Shown: in pieces, positions 52,970-64,000 of the stretch | How positions within the stretch are numbered: position 1 is the stretch's first letter | Layout: each line of letters opens with the position of its first letter | Assembly (NCBI GenBank): GCA_964016885.1 | Contig: OZ024741.1 | Coordinates: forward strand, 70,990,001-71,054,000 | DNA from: Eledone cirrhosa | Taxonomy: Eukaryota | Direction of reading: 5' to 3' | DNA length: 64,000 nucleotides | Notes under the pieces: model-generated | Told to the model about the DNA's origin: nothing | Seen by the model: the letters and a program-made list of their open reading frames with translations, nothing else | Database searches by the model: none | Program-made: the position numbers and the translations under genes

Positions 52970-55051
52970 ATGTTGGATAAGGCATGGCTGAGTGGTTAAG
53001 GAGTTATACGTACGTTCGTACGTACGTATGTATGTATATGTATGTGTGTATATTGTATGTATGTACATATATGTATAAAATTTCATCTTGCCATTCTCTC
53101 TTTTCCAGTTTCCTAAAGGAGTAGGTCATAGTGTTGAAGATGTTGAAAAATGATGTGGAGTAGACAGAGGAGAGCTGGAAGAATGAGAGAGGGATGAAAG
53201 AAAGAGTGAGAGAGAGAGGAGGGGGAGGGGGGTGCCAGGAGGAGGCTGTAACTGTACTCCTTTAAATAATGTTTTCTGTTGAAAGATAGGAACAATCCCA
53301 CCAACCCTGTATATACATATGCACAGATACACATAGACAAACACACACACACAAACACATACATAGAAACACACACACACAAACACATACATAGAAACAC
53401 ACACACATATATGTGGGTGTGTAGAATATCCTGGTATCTATGCTTCTGGCTATATATATGTTTGCATGTCTGTGTTTGTGTAATTGTGTTAGTGTGTGTA
53501 TATGTATATATGTGTTGTCTGCATATGTATATATATATATGTGTGTGTAAAAGTTGTCTGCATATGTTCAAGTGTGTATGTATATGTAAAAACGGTGTGT
53601 TTTTTTGTGTGTCAAGGATGTGTGTGTGTAAATGATATCTGCATATATTCATGTGTGTGTGTATGTAAATATGTGTGTCTATATGTATTATTTGTGTGTG
53701 TGTTTCTATGTATTTGTGTGCATGTGTAATGGGTGTGTGCATATATGTATATATACACACACACACACACACACATATATATACACACACACCCACACAC
53801 ATACACGAGGTTCAGCTGAAAAGTTCATAAGCTGACTATTAAGGAGTGATGTTAGAGCTGTGAAATCTTGCATGCTTTAATTTCATCCCTTCTTAATAAC
53901 TATTGTTTCTTTCCAGGGACCATGTTGAAAAATAATCCTCATTTGGTCATCATACATGTGTGTATACATGTATTTATAATAGTCTGCTATCCTCTCTTTA
54001 GGCTTATGGAATAGTTTTAATGTATCAAACCATTTAAGTCTTACCATTCTGTGCTACATGAAACCACATTAGCAAGACATTCCACTGCTCTGGCCTGGAG
54101 GTGATGTTTTGTGACCATATTTCTAATAAAATACACTTTATTTCAATTAATTAATGAAAAATGTTGAAGGATTTTCTAAAATTCTGAACTTTCATTAGTA
54201 TAATAATAATGTAACATATAGTTCAACTCTAGAAAGGGGTAGATTATATAAAATTATGTTTGAAGATTTTAATTTAATTAGGGACACTTGAAAATAGAAC
54301 CAGGGCCAGTTCTAGCCTGGTTGGTATCAATTAGGTCAAACATCAGTATATAATGAGAAAGTTACTTATTTTACTAAATACTTTATTTGAAATTTATTTG
54401 AAAACATAGGCAGTGTCTTCCATTAGAAATATGGTAATGAAAGGGTTAAAAGTGTATATATTTATAGAAAAACCTTCCAATATGATTTTATGCAACAATC
54501 TTTAAGTTCTAAACATCAGCATTATAATGAAAAAGTTTGATATTTTATTAAGCCCCTTCCAATTCTTAACTATTTTCAAATTCATTTAAAAACATAGGCA
54601 GCATCTTTCATTAGAAGTATAGTAATGAGAAGGTTAATCTACCACCCAATTAAGCCATAACAGGATTTGAACTCAGAAAGCAAAGAGCTGGAACAAATAC
54701 CACAAGGAATCTGGTCTGATAAAAAATATTGTGTTCAGTGCTCAGGTGCACTACAGCTCATCAAAGGTGCTTGTATAGTACATAGAATAATGTACAAATG
54801 TCAGGAAAGTGAACAGTGTATAGGTCATGATATACGCACAGTACGTGTGTATGGAGGGGGAATTTCAGTGTAGTGTTGGCGAATTTCGGAAGAATGGGAG
54901 TTTTGAAGGATGCAATGTTTTAACAGGTAACAATCGATGCAGGTAGTTTGTTTCATACTTCAGCAACTCTGAATGTAAAAAAAATGTTTCTGAAAATTAT
55001 GGCAGCTGTATTGTTTTCTGATTTTGTAAGTATGTCCATGGGTGTTAGACA
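52970..55051. repeat. Inverted duplication, right arm outer part
   Basis: Reverse complement of 35164-37261. Confidence 0.96.
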
Positions 55052-55179
55052 ATGATTTTAAATTAATATATAACAAATATTGATAATGATTTTAAATTAA
55101 AGTACTTAATTGATTTACCACTGTTTCATTAGACTAACAAGAGTATTCCAATTAAATGTTCTTAAAGTCAACTTTGCAA

Positions 55180-56216
55180 TGACTAAAGTCCTAGTAAGTA
55201 GAAAGGAAAACAGAGACCAGACTTCTTCATGGAAATGAGACCTGGCCACTGTATACAGAGGACCTCCAAAGACTGGAAAGAAATGAAGCTTGCATGCTCC
55301 CCTGGATATGTAATAGTAGTGTGCATGGACAGCAAAATGTCAATGAACTGAGATAGAAACTGGGCATTAGAGGGATCAGATGCAGTGTACAGGAAAGGAA
55401 ATTGCAGTGGTATGGATATGTGATGCATATGGAGGATGACAGCTGCAAAAAAGAAATGCAGTGTACTCAAGTCAATGGAAACTATGAAAGAGGAAAACCT
55501 AGGAAAGCTTGGGATTAACTGATAAAAGGTGACCATGCCCAGTTAAACTTCACAAAGGAGATGACACAGGATCGAGATCTTTGGTGTTATGCTGTAAAAC
55601 CTGCCTTCCCATGTGCACAGGATAAAAAAACACATAGAAGACACTTGTCTGCACCATTCTTCTGCTTTTTACCCCACCCCAGTAATAATAGCCCCCATCT
55701 CCCCAAACCAGCTAAATAACTCCCACACCTCATCCATGTTGAACATGCTTACTTGTCCCCTTCCCCAACCCTCACTCCTGGTACACCTCTCCTGCCAAAA
55801 CACATATTCTAAAAAACCCCGCAAAGTCCACCCAATATAATGATCTGGTGCTACAACAACAAAGCACCCAGTTGATCCTATAAGGCAGTCATATTGTTGA
55901 CATGAAAGACACACCAAGTCCACCCTGTAAGCTGGTTGTGCTGTTGACATGATGAAAAAACACCCAGTCCACCCTGTTAGATGGTTGTTTTGGTGCTGCA
56001 ATAAAAAGCACCCAGTCCACACTAATGCGGTTGGCATTAAGGAAGGGCATCCAACCATAGAAACCAAGCCAAAATTCAGATCAGTTTGAGCAAAACAGGA
56101 TCGAATGACCTGAATTGTCTCATAATGTGACAACCCATCTAACCCATGCAAGCCTGGAAAAATAGATGTTAAATGGTGGCTAGCATAGAAAATGGACATT
56201 AAATGATGATGATGAT
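55180..56216 (+). mobile_element. Old, internally deleted RTE LINE 3' fragment
   Basis: Remnants of RLERNEACML and WYGYVMHM, repeated CACCCAGTCCAC 3'-UTR units and a (TGA)n tail. Confidence 0.85.
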
Positions 56217-57269
56217 AAATATATATGTGTGTGTGTAAATATATATATGTGTAAATATATATATATGTAAATATATATATGTGTAAATATATATATATGT
56301 AAATATATATAAGTGTGTATGTAGATACTTGTAGAACAATTATTTTTTATATTGTCCATAATATAGACATTTTACTTCCAGATTGTTTTGTTGCTGTTGT
56401 TGTTGGTGGTGGTGGTATGGAGGTGTGGCAGTGGTAACAGTAGTAGTAGTAATAGTTGTAGAAGAGTTAAATTCCAATGCTGCTCAGTAAATACTATATA
56501 CTCTCTTCTCATTTACAAATATGTATTGAGGTTTGATGTGGGTAGGATGGCCGGGCTGGTGAGTAGATGGGTTGAATGGGAGAGAGGCTGCTGGGTGATT
56601 AAGTGAATGGATAGTTTGAGAGATGTGTAGGTTGGTAGGGGAGTTGGTTTGTATAGGGTAAAAGAAAAGGAGATGGAAGGAAACAAGGAAGTTGGAAAGG
56701 AAAAGAAAAGAAATATGAGAGAGAGAAAAGAGACAGAGAAGAGAGAGAAGAAAGAAACACAAAAGAAAAAGAATGAATGAAAGAAAGAAAGAAAGAATTT
56801 CTATATGTTGTGCCTGAGTATTAGTTATGATAAGTCACATGACAGGCCAGGCCCATGGATATATAGCAGAAGAAGGTCAAAGGGGAACCTAACTTGCATC
56901 TTCGATAAAGTACATGAAATATAAACTAACAGTCAGCTAATTAATTTTACTGGGAACGAGAGGGGACGGGGAGGGGGGGGGGGCAGAAACAGACAGACAG
57001 ACAGACAGTCAGCTAGTATATCCTCAGTTACCTGTGGAAGGAAGTGGGAGAGGAGAAATGAGGTGTAGGAGTCAGGATATCTAGATCTCACATTTCTTAG
57101 AAGAAACAGACAATCCACTTTCTTTTTGTATTACCTACATTCCCACCTGATTTTTCTCAAGTAACTTGTTCCTTAAGTTTCACATCTGCACAAATCCCAG
57201 ATTTCGTCACCCTTAATTTCAGAGATATCAGATTGTTACTACAACCAGCAAATTATGCACACTACTAAG

Positions 57270-57440
57270 ATTGGCAATATTTGTAGTGCGTCAGACAAAA
57301 ATGTTTTGCAGTATTTAATTAAAACTTTCTGCGTTCTCAGTTTAAATCTTGCCGAGGTCAATTTAGCCTTTCATTCTTCCGAGGTCAATAAAACACCAGT
57401 AAAGTACCAGAGTCGGTATAATCAACTACCCCTTTTCCCT
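57270..57440 (+). mobile_element. Nin/Deu-domain-like SINE (diverged)
   Basis: GCCGAGGTCAATTTAGCCTTTCATTCTTCCGAGGTCAATAAAA. Confidence 0.7.
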
Positions 57441-57619
57441 CAATTACTAACCTTTGATCACAAGTATATGCTAATTGAACTTCCTATAATATAAATGCTC
57501 CTATCAACAGTTTTCCAAGAGATGGTGAAATGAACAGTCCTGCTTTTCTCTCAAAGAATTCTTTTTCATTTCTGGCCTTGCTCACTTTCTGCTGTCTTTC
57601 TATTTCTTCTTTAATTTCT

Positions 57620-57665
57620 CATTTTACTTTCTGATGAAATACTAGCGTCTGAAACATTAAGACTT
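57620..57665 (+). ncRNA. Degenerate minimal hammerhead in an old Penelope-like terminus
   Basis: CTGATGA-AATACTAGCGTCT-GAAACATTAAG, homologous to 45030-45075. Confidence 0.4.
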
Positions 57666-59348
57666 TTCCTACTATATTAAGTATGAAACTAATATACATC
57701 TTCATTGAATTTTATTGTCTTGTATTTTTTCCATTTACTTTTCACTCACACATATATATATATATATGATACATACATAAAATAAATTATCAAAATTTTC
57801 ATTTTGGTCTACTTTCTAACACCATCGACTACTTATTTAAAATTTTGTGCTACTTTTTATAAAATTGACCTGGCAACCCTGTTTAAATACATTAATCTCT
57901 CTCTCTCTCTCTCTTTCATTAGAATAATTTTGAAAATTATAATCCTTCATCTTCCTATAAATACACATATACTTTTATTCTCATCTTACACAGACTTCCT
58001 AATTTCTCAAATTCTATCTACCACAAAGGTGTATCTCTGTAGTCACACAGGAATAGCAAGATATAGCAACAAAAAATGTCTTATATAACATCCTTCAGTC
58101 CTAAAATAGAAAGCCACATTGGATAAGGCGCACTATAGAACAAGGAAAAGACAGGATGGTCACAGTTGAAATGCTTTTCAACATAAGCCAGCTCAATTTG
58201 AGTTGACCTGAGGCTATTCAATAGCAACAAATGATCCCAGAAAAAGAGCAAAATGTAAAATCTATGGTTGTTTACATGACAACTGTTTATCAGACTATCA
58301 ATGTGACGATCAACCCTTTTAAAATGGACTGATTGTTTCATACAACCAGAGATGGGTTTTGGCCAGGTTGGTATCAAAATATTTGTCAGCTCTTACACTA
58401 AATAAATGTAAATATGTCATGTAGAGTTCTTCCATACTCACCACACACAGGGAAGGTGGGAGGAGGGTAGACTGATGACAATCAGCTTCATTTTTTTTTT
58501 TTTTTTTCATGCTCCATTCTGAGATTAAGGAGATCAATATGGTTGATGCTCAATTTGAACATATGGCATTTGGTGTCTACAGAGAGAACCAAGTATTATG
58601 GTGATTGAAAGAGTTGCTGGGTGGATTTGAAAGCATTGATGCTATTGGAGAAAGGCAGTAGAAATTTATTCTGGCACCAAATTTGGTGTCACCGACTGAT
58701 GTACCTTGTGAATAAAATTGAGTAAACAGAAACTACATGGAAGCCCATCAAATGAATTGTAGCTGCAATTTCAAAGGACCAGCCTTATCATATATTGTAT
58801 CATGCTGATTCAGCTTGGAACTTACATTAACATGTAAGTTAATGTAATTGGAACTTACATTACATATACATGTCTGTAGAATACTCAACATTAGTTCATG
58901 AGTTGGATGATCAGTTTATCAAACAACTTAATACTCATCATCAAAATTGATGGAGGAACCATTATAACAGCAATAAGGGAAGATATCATATAAATACCTC
59001 TCTACACCTCATGGTTGTTGATGTTGACAGTGACGTTGTTGATGTTCATGATGATCTTTCTGATGATGATGATGATGATGATGATGCTGATATCGATGGT
59101 GATGTTGTTGATGATGATATTGATGGTGGCGTTATTATGGATGATGTTGATGTTGTTTAGCCTCAAGGCCAACCCTAATTGATCAAAGTTGTCTCAACCA
59201 TGACCATTCCAGTGACCTGGCAACCCTGTTTAAATACATTAATCTCTTTCTCTCTCTCTCTCTTTCATTAGAATAATTTTGAGAATTATAATGAAAAGGT
59301 TAACATATGTCATGAAGTTAATGTCAGCCTGTCTGCCTGTGTCCTCTT

Positions 59349-59472
59349 CATCATCCTTACGGGGGTCGATAAAATAAAGTACCAGTAATGCACTGGAGTC
59401 GATTTAATCAATTTTCCCTTCCCCAAAAATTGCTGGCCTTGTGCCTATAGTAGAAACAATTATTATTATTAT
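59349..59472 (+). mobile_element. Nin/Deu-domain-like SINE, 3' half
   Basis: TCATCCTTACGGGGGTCGATAAAATAAAGTACCAG..CCTTGTGCCTATAGTAGAAACAA(TTA)n. Confidence 0.8.
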
Positions 59473-59904
59473 TCCTTTTTCTCTATTTACTTTAAATGAA
59501 TAAGGAAACACACCACAGGACAGGAAACAAATTAACTTCACAATATCGATATAGCCAGGATAGTTTACCCCATATTAAATATATACCTTTATCAGATAAA
59601 AATAATTTATCAGTTAGCAGGAATAAATAATAAAGCAGCTCAGATATTCTACTTTTCCTTTGGGAATTTTGGAAAGCAACAAAAACTGCCTACGGCTTCT
59701 GTTTGTTCAGGGATTAAAAGTAATAGGCAAAACTTTCTTGTCAGCTCAAGTTTGAAAACGTTTCTTCAGCTGAATCTAAAAATAATTTTATCTTTTTCTT
59801 GCCACAATTTATTATGAAGTGATTCTCTTTTACTTTTCTGTTAGTTTCAGTTATCGGACTGCAGCCATGCTGGGGCACTGCCGTCATGAATTTAGTTGAT
59901 CATA

Positions 59905-60060
59905 TTGGCAGAGTCATTAGAACATCAGATAGAATGCTTTATGGTATTCATTCCGGCTCTCTGCTCTATGAGTTCAAATCCCGCCGAGGTCAACTTTGCC
60001 TTTCATTCTTTCAAGGTCGATAAAAAAAAAAGCACCAGTCTAGTACTGGGGTTGATTCTT
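59905..60060 (+). mobile_element. Nin/Deu-domain-like SINE
   Basis: GAGTTCAAATCCCGCCGAGGTCAACTTTGCCTTTCATTCTTTCAAGGTCGATAAAA. Confidence 0.78.
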
Positions 60061-60695
60061 CTTCTCTCAGGAAAAAAACTGCTTTTCTCAGGCCTGGAGA
60101 GGGATGGCTCTGCCAGGCTTAAGAAGCCCAAGAAATGCTGTATGTCAATACAGCGTCCCTACGACTATCAGGAGTTACGACACCATACCACACCACTGGC
60201 TCCAGAACTTATTTTTGAAGTTTGGTACTTTCTTTTTGTCAAACCACTAAGTTACAGGACATAAACAAACAGTAAACATATACAGACTCACACAGACATC
60301 AACATTCTTTTAAATCTGCTTTTTCATGATGGCATGATATGTGTGTGTGTATGGGGGGGTTACTTATTTCATTGATCTCTATTTGTTAATTTGTCCAATT
60401 GCAAAGTTTCAGAGCATCTACAAACGAAAACAGTTAAGTGGTGTCGATGTCAACACAAACACACACATGGACACATGAACAAACACAAAATACTCAAACA
60501 CAAGCACTGGAACACACATACATATACATCCTTTGTCTCTTTATTAGTGCCATAATAACAAAGAGATACAATATTTATACTCAGCTGCTGTGTTCATACC
60601 TCCAATTATTTGCACATCACATAATGAGGTCTTTTTGGAATACTCATCTACTTGTTCTATATATCAATTCTACCAGTAGTATGTATACACACAGA

Positions 60696-60729
<34 letters not shown>

Positions 60730-60764
60730 CGATATTAATAAATGGAAACTATATTTATAAAACC

Positions 60765-60840
60765 ATATTTATTTCATTATACATATTTCAGGGATACCAC
60801 ATTAAATTATGGTATGCCTTCATCAGACAAAATACAATAT
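60765..60840 (-). ncRNA. Type I hammerhead ribozyme
   Basis: ATATTGTATTTTGT-CTGATGA-AGGCATACCATA/TGTGGTATCCCT-GAAA-TATGTA-TA-ATGAAATAAATAT. Confidence 0.85.
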
Positions 60841-62521
60841 ATAACAGTTTTACAAATAGCTTTGACGTACCCTTTTAAAATACAACCATTAGTTTTGGAG
60901 GCTGTCTGGATAGTGATTTGTTTACATTGTTTTAATAAGTCATAGTGTTAAGCACAATTAGAAAAAGACGGAGAGAAAGAAAAAGAAAAAGACGGAGAGA
61001 GAGAAAAGAACAAAGACGGAGAGAGAGAAAGAAAGAGAAAGAAACCCTGGAGAAATATCGGAGAGAGAGAGAAATGTATGGAGAAAAGAAAGAGATAAAT
61101 ACAGATAGGAGAAAATAAAAAATAAAAAATAAAAAATAAAAAATAAAAAATAAAAAATAAAAAATAAAAAATAAAAAATAAAAAATAAAAAATAAAAAAT
61201 AAAAAAAAATAAATAAAAAATAAAAAATAAAAAATAAAAAATAAAGAAAAGGAAGAAATAAGAGAAACAGGAAAGCAACAGAGGGATATCAAGTCATCAT
61301 ACAGAGAGAGAAACACTCAAGAGAGAGAAATACTATATAGAGAGGGGGGGGGGGGGACAATGAAAATTTTACGTCATGTCATATTAAGTTAAGTTAACAA
61401 TTTATATGAAATGAATAATAAAAATATAAGTATCAATATTCATGAATGGGACATAGATATATAATATGAGAAATTAAACATTGTTCAATAATGACTATAT
61501 GTTTAGTTTAGAAACTTGAGATCAATATACCAAAATCTGAGTTCAAAATATACCCTTGCTATAGAGATCAGTATTTTATGCAAAGACATACAAATATATA
61601 TGTATATATATATATACATAGATACGCATGTCCTGAAAATAGAAATTATGTTTACTCAAGCCAACAATATAGCCATACAAAACGTAAATGATTTCTCTTA
61701 ATCACTGCTATACATTCCTTGTGTTATAAAAATTTCACAGTATATATATACAAATATATACGATTAATATATACGATTACCATTCATGTGCTTAATATTA
61801 TGCATATCTCCAACATACCTCTCAACCAGATAGATATATACACATACGTATATACACACACATATGTATAAATAAATATTTGCGTGCATCGTCATGCATC
61901 ACTCATGTATATATACAGACATATATAGACACAAAAAAAAACCTATAACACTTTTTATGCATGTTAATATACACATATGCATTTGTATAGAGATAATCAA
62001 ATATCAATATATTACTAAAGGATTATAACTTGTAAATATAACCATAACAATATAAATCTAAAATACCAAAGGAATATATTTTGGAAATGTAACTGTATCA
62101 GTATAGACATAAGGAATCTAGAAATATCAAAGCATTAAATATCTTATACTATAGAGTATCTTAAGTTAAAATAATATGTTTTATATATTTATTATAGAAA
62201 TTTATCCTACGTATATCTCAATCAAGATATTGAAAGGGTAGACTTATGAAAGTTATGAGAAGCTATCATAATCAAAACAAATAAATAAAAATGATTTAAA
62301 AGATTTAAAAAACCCAATGATTCTACAGATAACCTTATATTTAGTATAGAAATTTACCTTACGTATATTTTATTTAATACATTGGAAGTATAGACATTTT
62401 AGAGTAGTCTATTATATCCTTGTTTATATTTAGGAAGAAAGTTTAAAAAGAAAAAGGTGAAGGAATCTAATGATTTATCAACAGGTTCCATATATTAACT
62501 AAAATTGCTTAATTAATTATA

Positions 62522-64000
62522 CTACATTTTAAATTTATATTTATATTTAAACGTTGAGTTCAATCTATGTCTGCAGCAACTGAATAAATTGTTCCTTAGA
62601 TTAAGGGAATTTTTGGACTTTAATATAAAGAATATTTCTTCAATACAAAGACCACAATTCTCTGAAGAGGAATTAAAAGGAGTAGCTTTTGAAATAATAT
62701 TCCAATTCATCGAATATTTAATATTATCTCGTTTTAGGTCCCATAGTAGGCTAGATAGCGAAGTTGAAGATTTTTTGTTTGGATCTGTGAAAGAATTCTT
62801 ATGATTATTGAAGCGAAATTTAAATTCTGTAGAGGTGGAACCAACATAGTTAAATGAATTTAAATTAGTGTTAACATTACAATTGTACACTACATTTTTA
62901 GCTAAGCAGTTGTTGTTTAACGGACAGTTAGATTTATTTCTACAGTTACAGTTATATAATTGAATATTGTTTGGGTTATTATTGGTATTTTGGTTAGGTT
63001 TTAAATTCCTATTATTAATTCTATTAATATTTTGTGCTAAATTTTTGGTGGACGAGTAAGTTAATTTTATAGTGTGTCTATTAAAAATTGAGTAATATTT
63101 ATGTGTTCTAGGGAAGCGTGTGTCAAGAGCTTTAAAGAATAGTTTAGCAATAGGGGTTTTAATATTTAGAGAGAAAGGGGGAGCAAACCATAATATATTT
63201 CTAGTTCTATTTCTTTTTCTGCTTTTGGAATTATTGTAATGTTTTCTACTATAGTTGTTAAAGTTGTTACCGTAATTGAAATTGTTATTATTTTGGTTAG
63301 TTTGCTTATTATTATTATTATCGATGTATTTAATTTTATTTCTATATCCAGCTCTACCTAACGCTTCGTTGTAATACTGCGCTTTTTCATCAAATATATT
63401 TTTATTAGATGAAATTCTTGAAATTCGTTCTTGAACAGAGTTCACTATAGTATTTTTAACAGATCTGGGGTGATTAGAGTTAAAGTTGACATAATTCAAG
63501 TTCTCATTTAGTTTGTGAAATGGATAGTGAAGACATGTGTTGAGATTTAGTGTTACATCAAGAAAATTGACTATTCTATGGTTATTCTCTATTTCTATTT
63601 TTAGATTAAGGTAATTAAAAAATTGTATAATTTGTTTTCTTTTTCTATTTAGTTCACAGCTATTATTTTCTATAAGTAAAAGCATGTCATCCCGAAATAA
63701 TCCTCCGGTTACACCTGGTATTTTTCTATGTAGCGAATTAATTATAAATAGGCCCACAAGGTCCGTTACCTGAGCTGAGTCTGATGATCCCATAGTTATG
63801 TCGAAATTATTATTTCTATCTGCTCTAGTCCAGAGTTGGTTATTAAATTCTATCAATGTTTTCCTTGCCGATAATATAATGTGCATTTCATTGCTAGTTA
63901 GGTCAGTATGTTTAAATGCGTAATTTAGTGCCTTATTCAGTAGATTAGGAGTGATAGATGAATAGTAGTTAGCAATATCCAGCTGAATAAACTTATTATT
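62522..64000 (-). CDS. Penelope-like RT + C-terminal GIY-YIG endonuclease (5' partial, open to window edge)
   Basis: The frame stays open upstream of 63886 (FIQLDIANYYSSIT). Motifs ITMGSSDSAQVTDLVG, GLFRDD, VNFLDVTL, SNHP, CNCRNKSNCPL, VVY..YVG..RFNNH, CGLCIEE and CRH. Confidence 0.93.
   Translation of the reverse strand, partial: NNKFIQLDIANYYSSITPNLLNKALNYAFKHTDLTSNEMHIILSARKTLIEFNNQLWTRADRNNNFDITMGSSDSAQVTDLVGLFIINSLHRKIPGVTGGLFRDDMLLLIENNSCELNRKRKQIIQFFNYLNLKIEIENNHRIVNFLDVTLNLNTCLHYPFHKLNENLNYVNFNSNHPRSVKNTIVNSVQERISRISSNKNIFDEKAQYYNEALGRAGYRNKIKYIDNNNNKQTNQNNNNFNYGNNFNNYSRKHYNNSKSRKRNRTRNILWFAPPFSLNIKTPIAKLFFKALDTRFPRTHKYYSIFNRHTIKLTYSSTKNLAQNINRINNRNLKPNQNTNNNPNNIQLYNCNCRNKSNCPLNNNCLAKNVVYNCNVNTNLNSFNYVGSTSTEFKFRFNNHKNSFTDPNKKSSTSLSSLLWDLKRDNIKYSMNWNIISKATPFNSSSENCGLCIEEIFFILKSKNSLNLRNNLFSCCRHRLNSTFKYKYKFKM

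Larger units (their letters stand above)
60728..64000 (-). mobile_element. Penelope-like retroelement (continues beyond the window) with ~1.8 kb 3' region ending in a hammerhead-bearing terminus in (TA)n
   Basis: RT plus GIY-YIG ORF, with a same-strand hammerhead at 60765-60840. Continuity of the intervening UTR is inferred. Confidence 0.85.

Noticed and set aside
61113-61245. (AAAAATA)n array as a telomere-like repeat
   Set aside because: It is a simple A-rich 7-mer inside the presumed Penelope 3' region, with no G-rich telomeric motif.

Overview
AT-rich, microsatellite-dense eukaryotic DNA with no confidently recognisable host gene. The repeat content (RTE LINEs with (TGA)n tails, Nin/Deu-domain SINEs, long TA/CA/CAT arrays) suggests a cephalopod such as Octopus, which is an inference. 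The window holds: (1) several RTE LINE copies whose reverse transcriptase carries an in-frame C4HC3 PHD-type finger; (2) an ORF-bearing Penelope-like element (RT plus GIY-YIG, minus strand, running off the right edge) with a type I hammerhead ribozyme at its 3' end; (3) four fold-back Penelope-terminus remnants, three of them with a hammerhead in each arm, sitting in or beside TA-rich tracts; (4) a rearranged Ty3/Gypsy element with three LTRs, a tRNA-Trp-like PBS and a -1 frameshift signal; (5) a ~2.7 kb inverted duplication spanning ~20 kb, with each arm hit by a different retroelement at the same microsatellite; (6) an 8.4 kb 36/39-bp minisatellite, a 42-bp higher-order minisatellite, SINEs, MITEs and a mariner relic. 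All alignments and folds were done by eye, so boundaries of old repeats are approximate.
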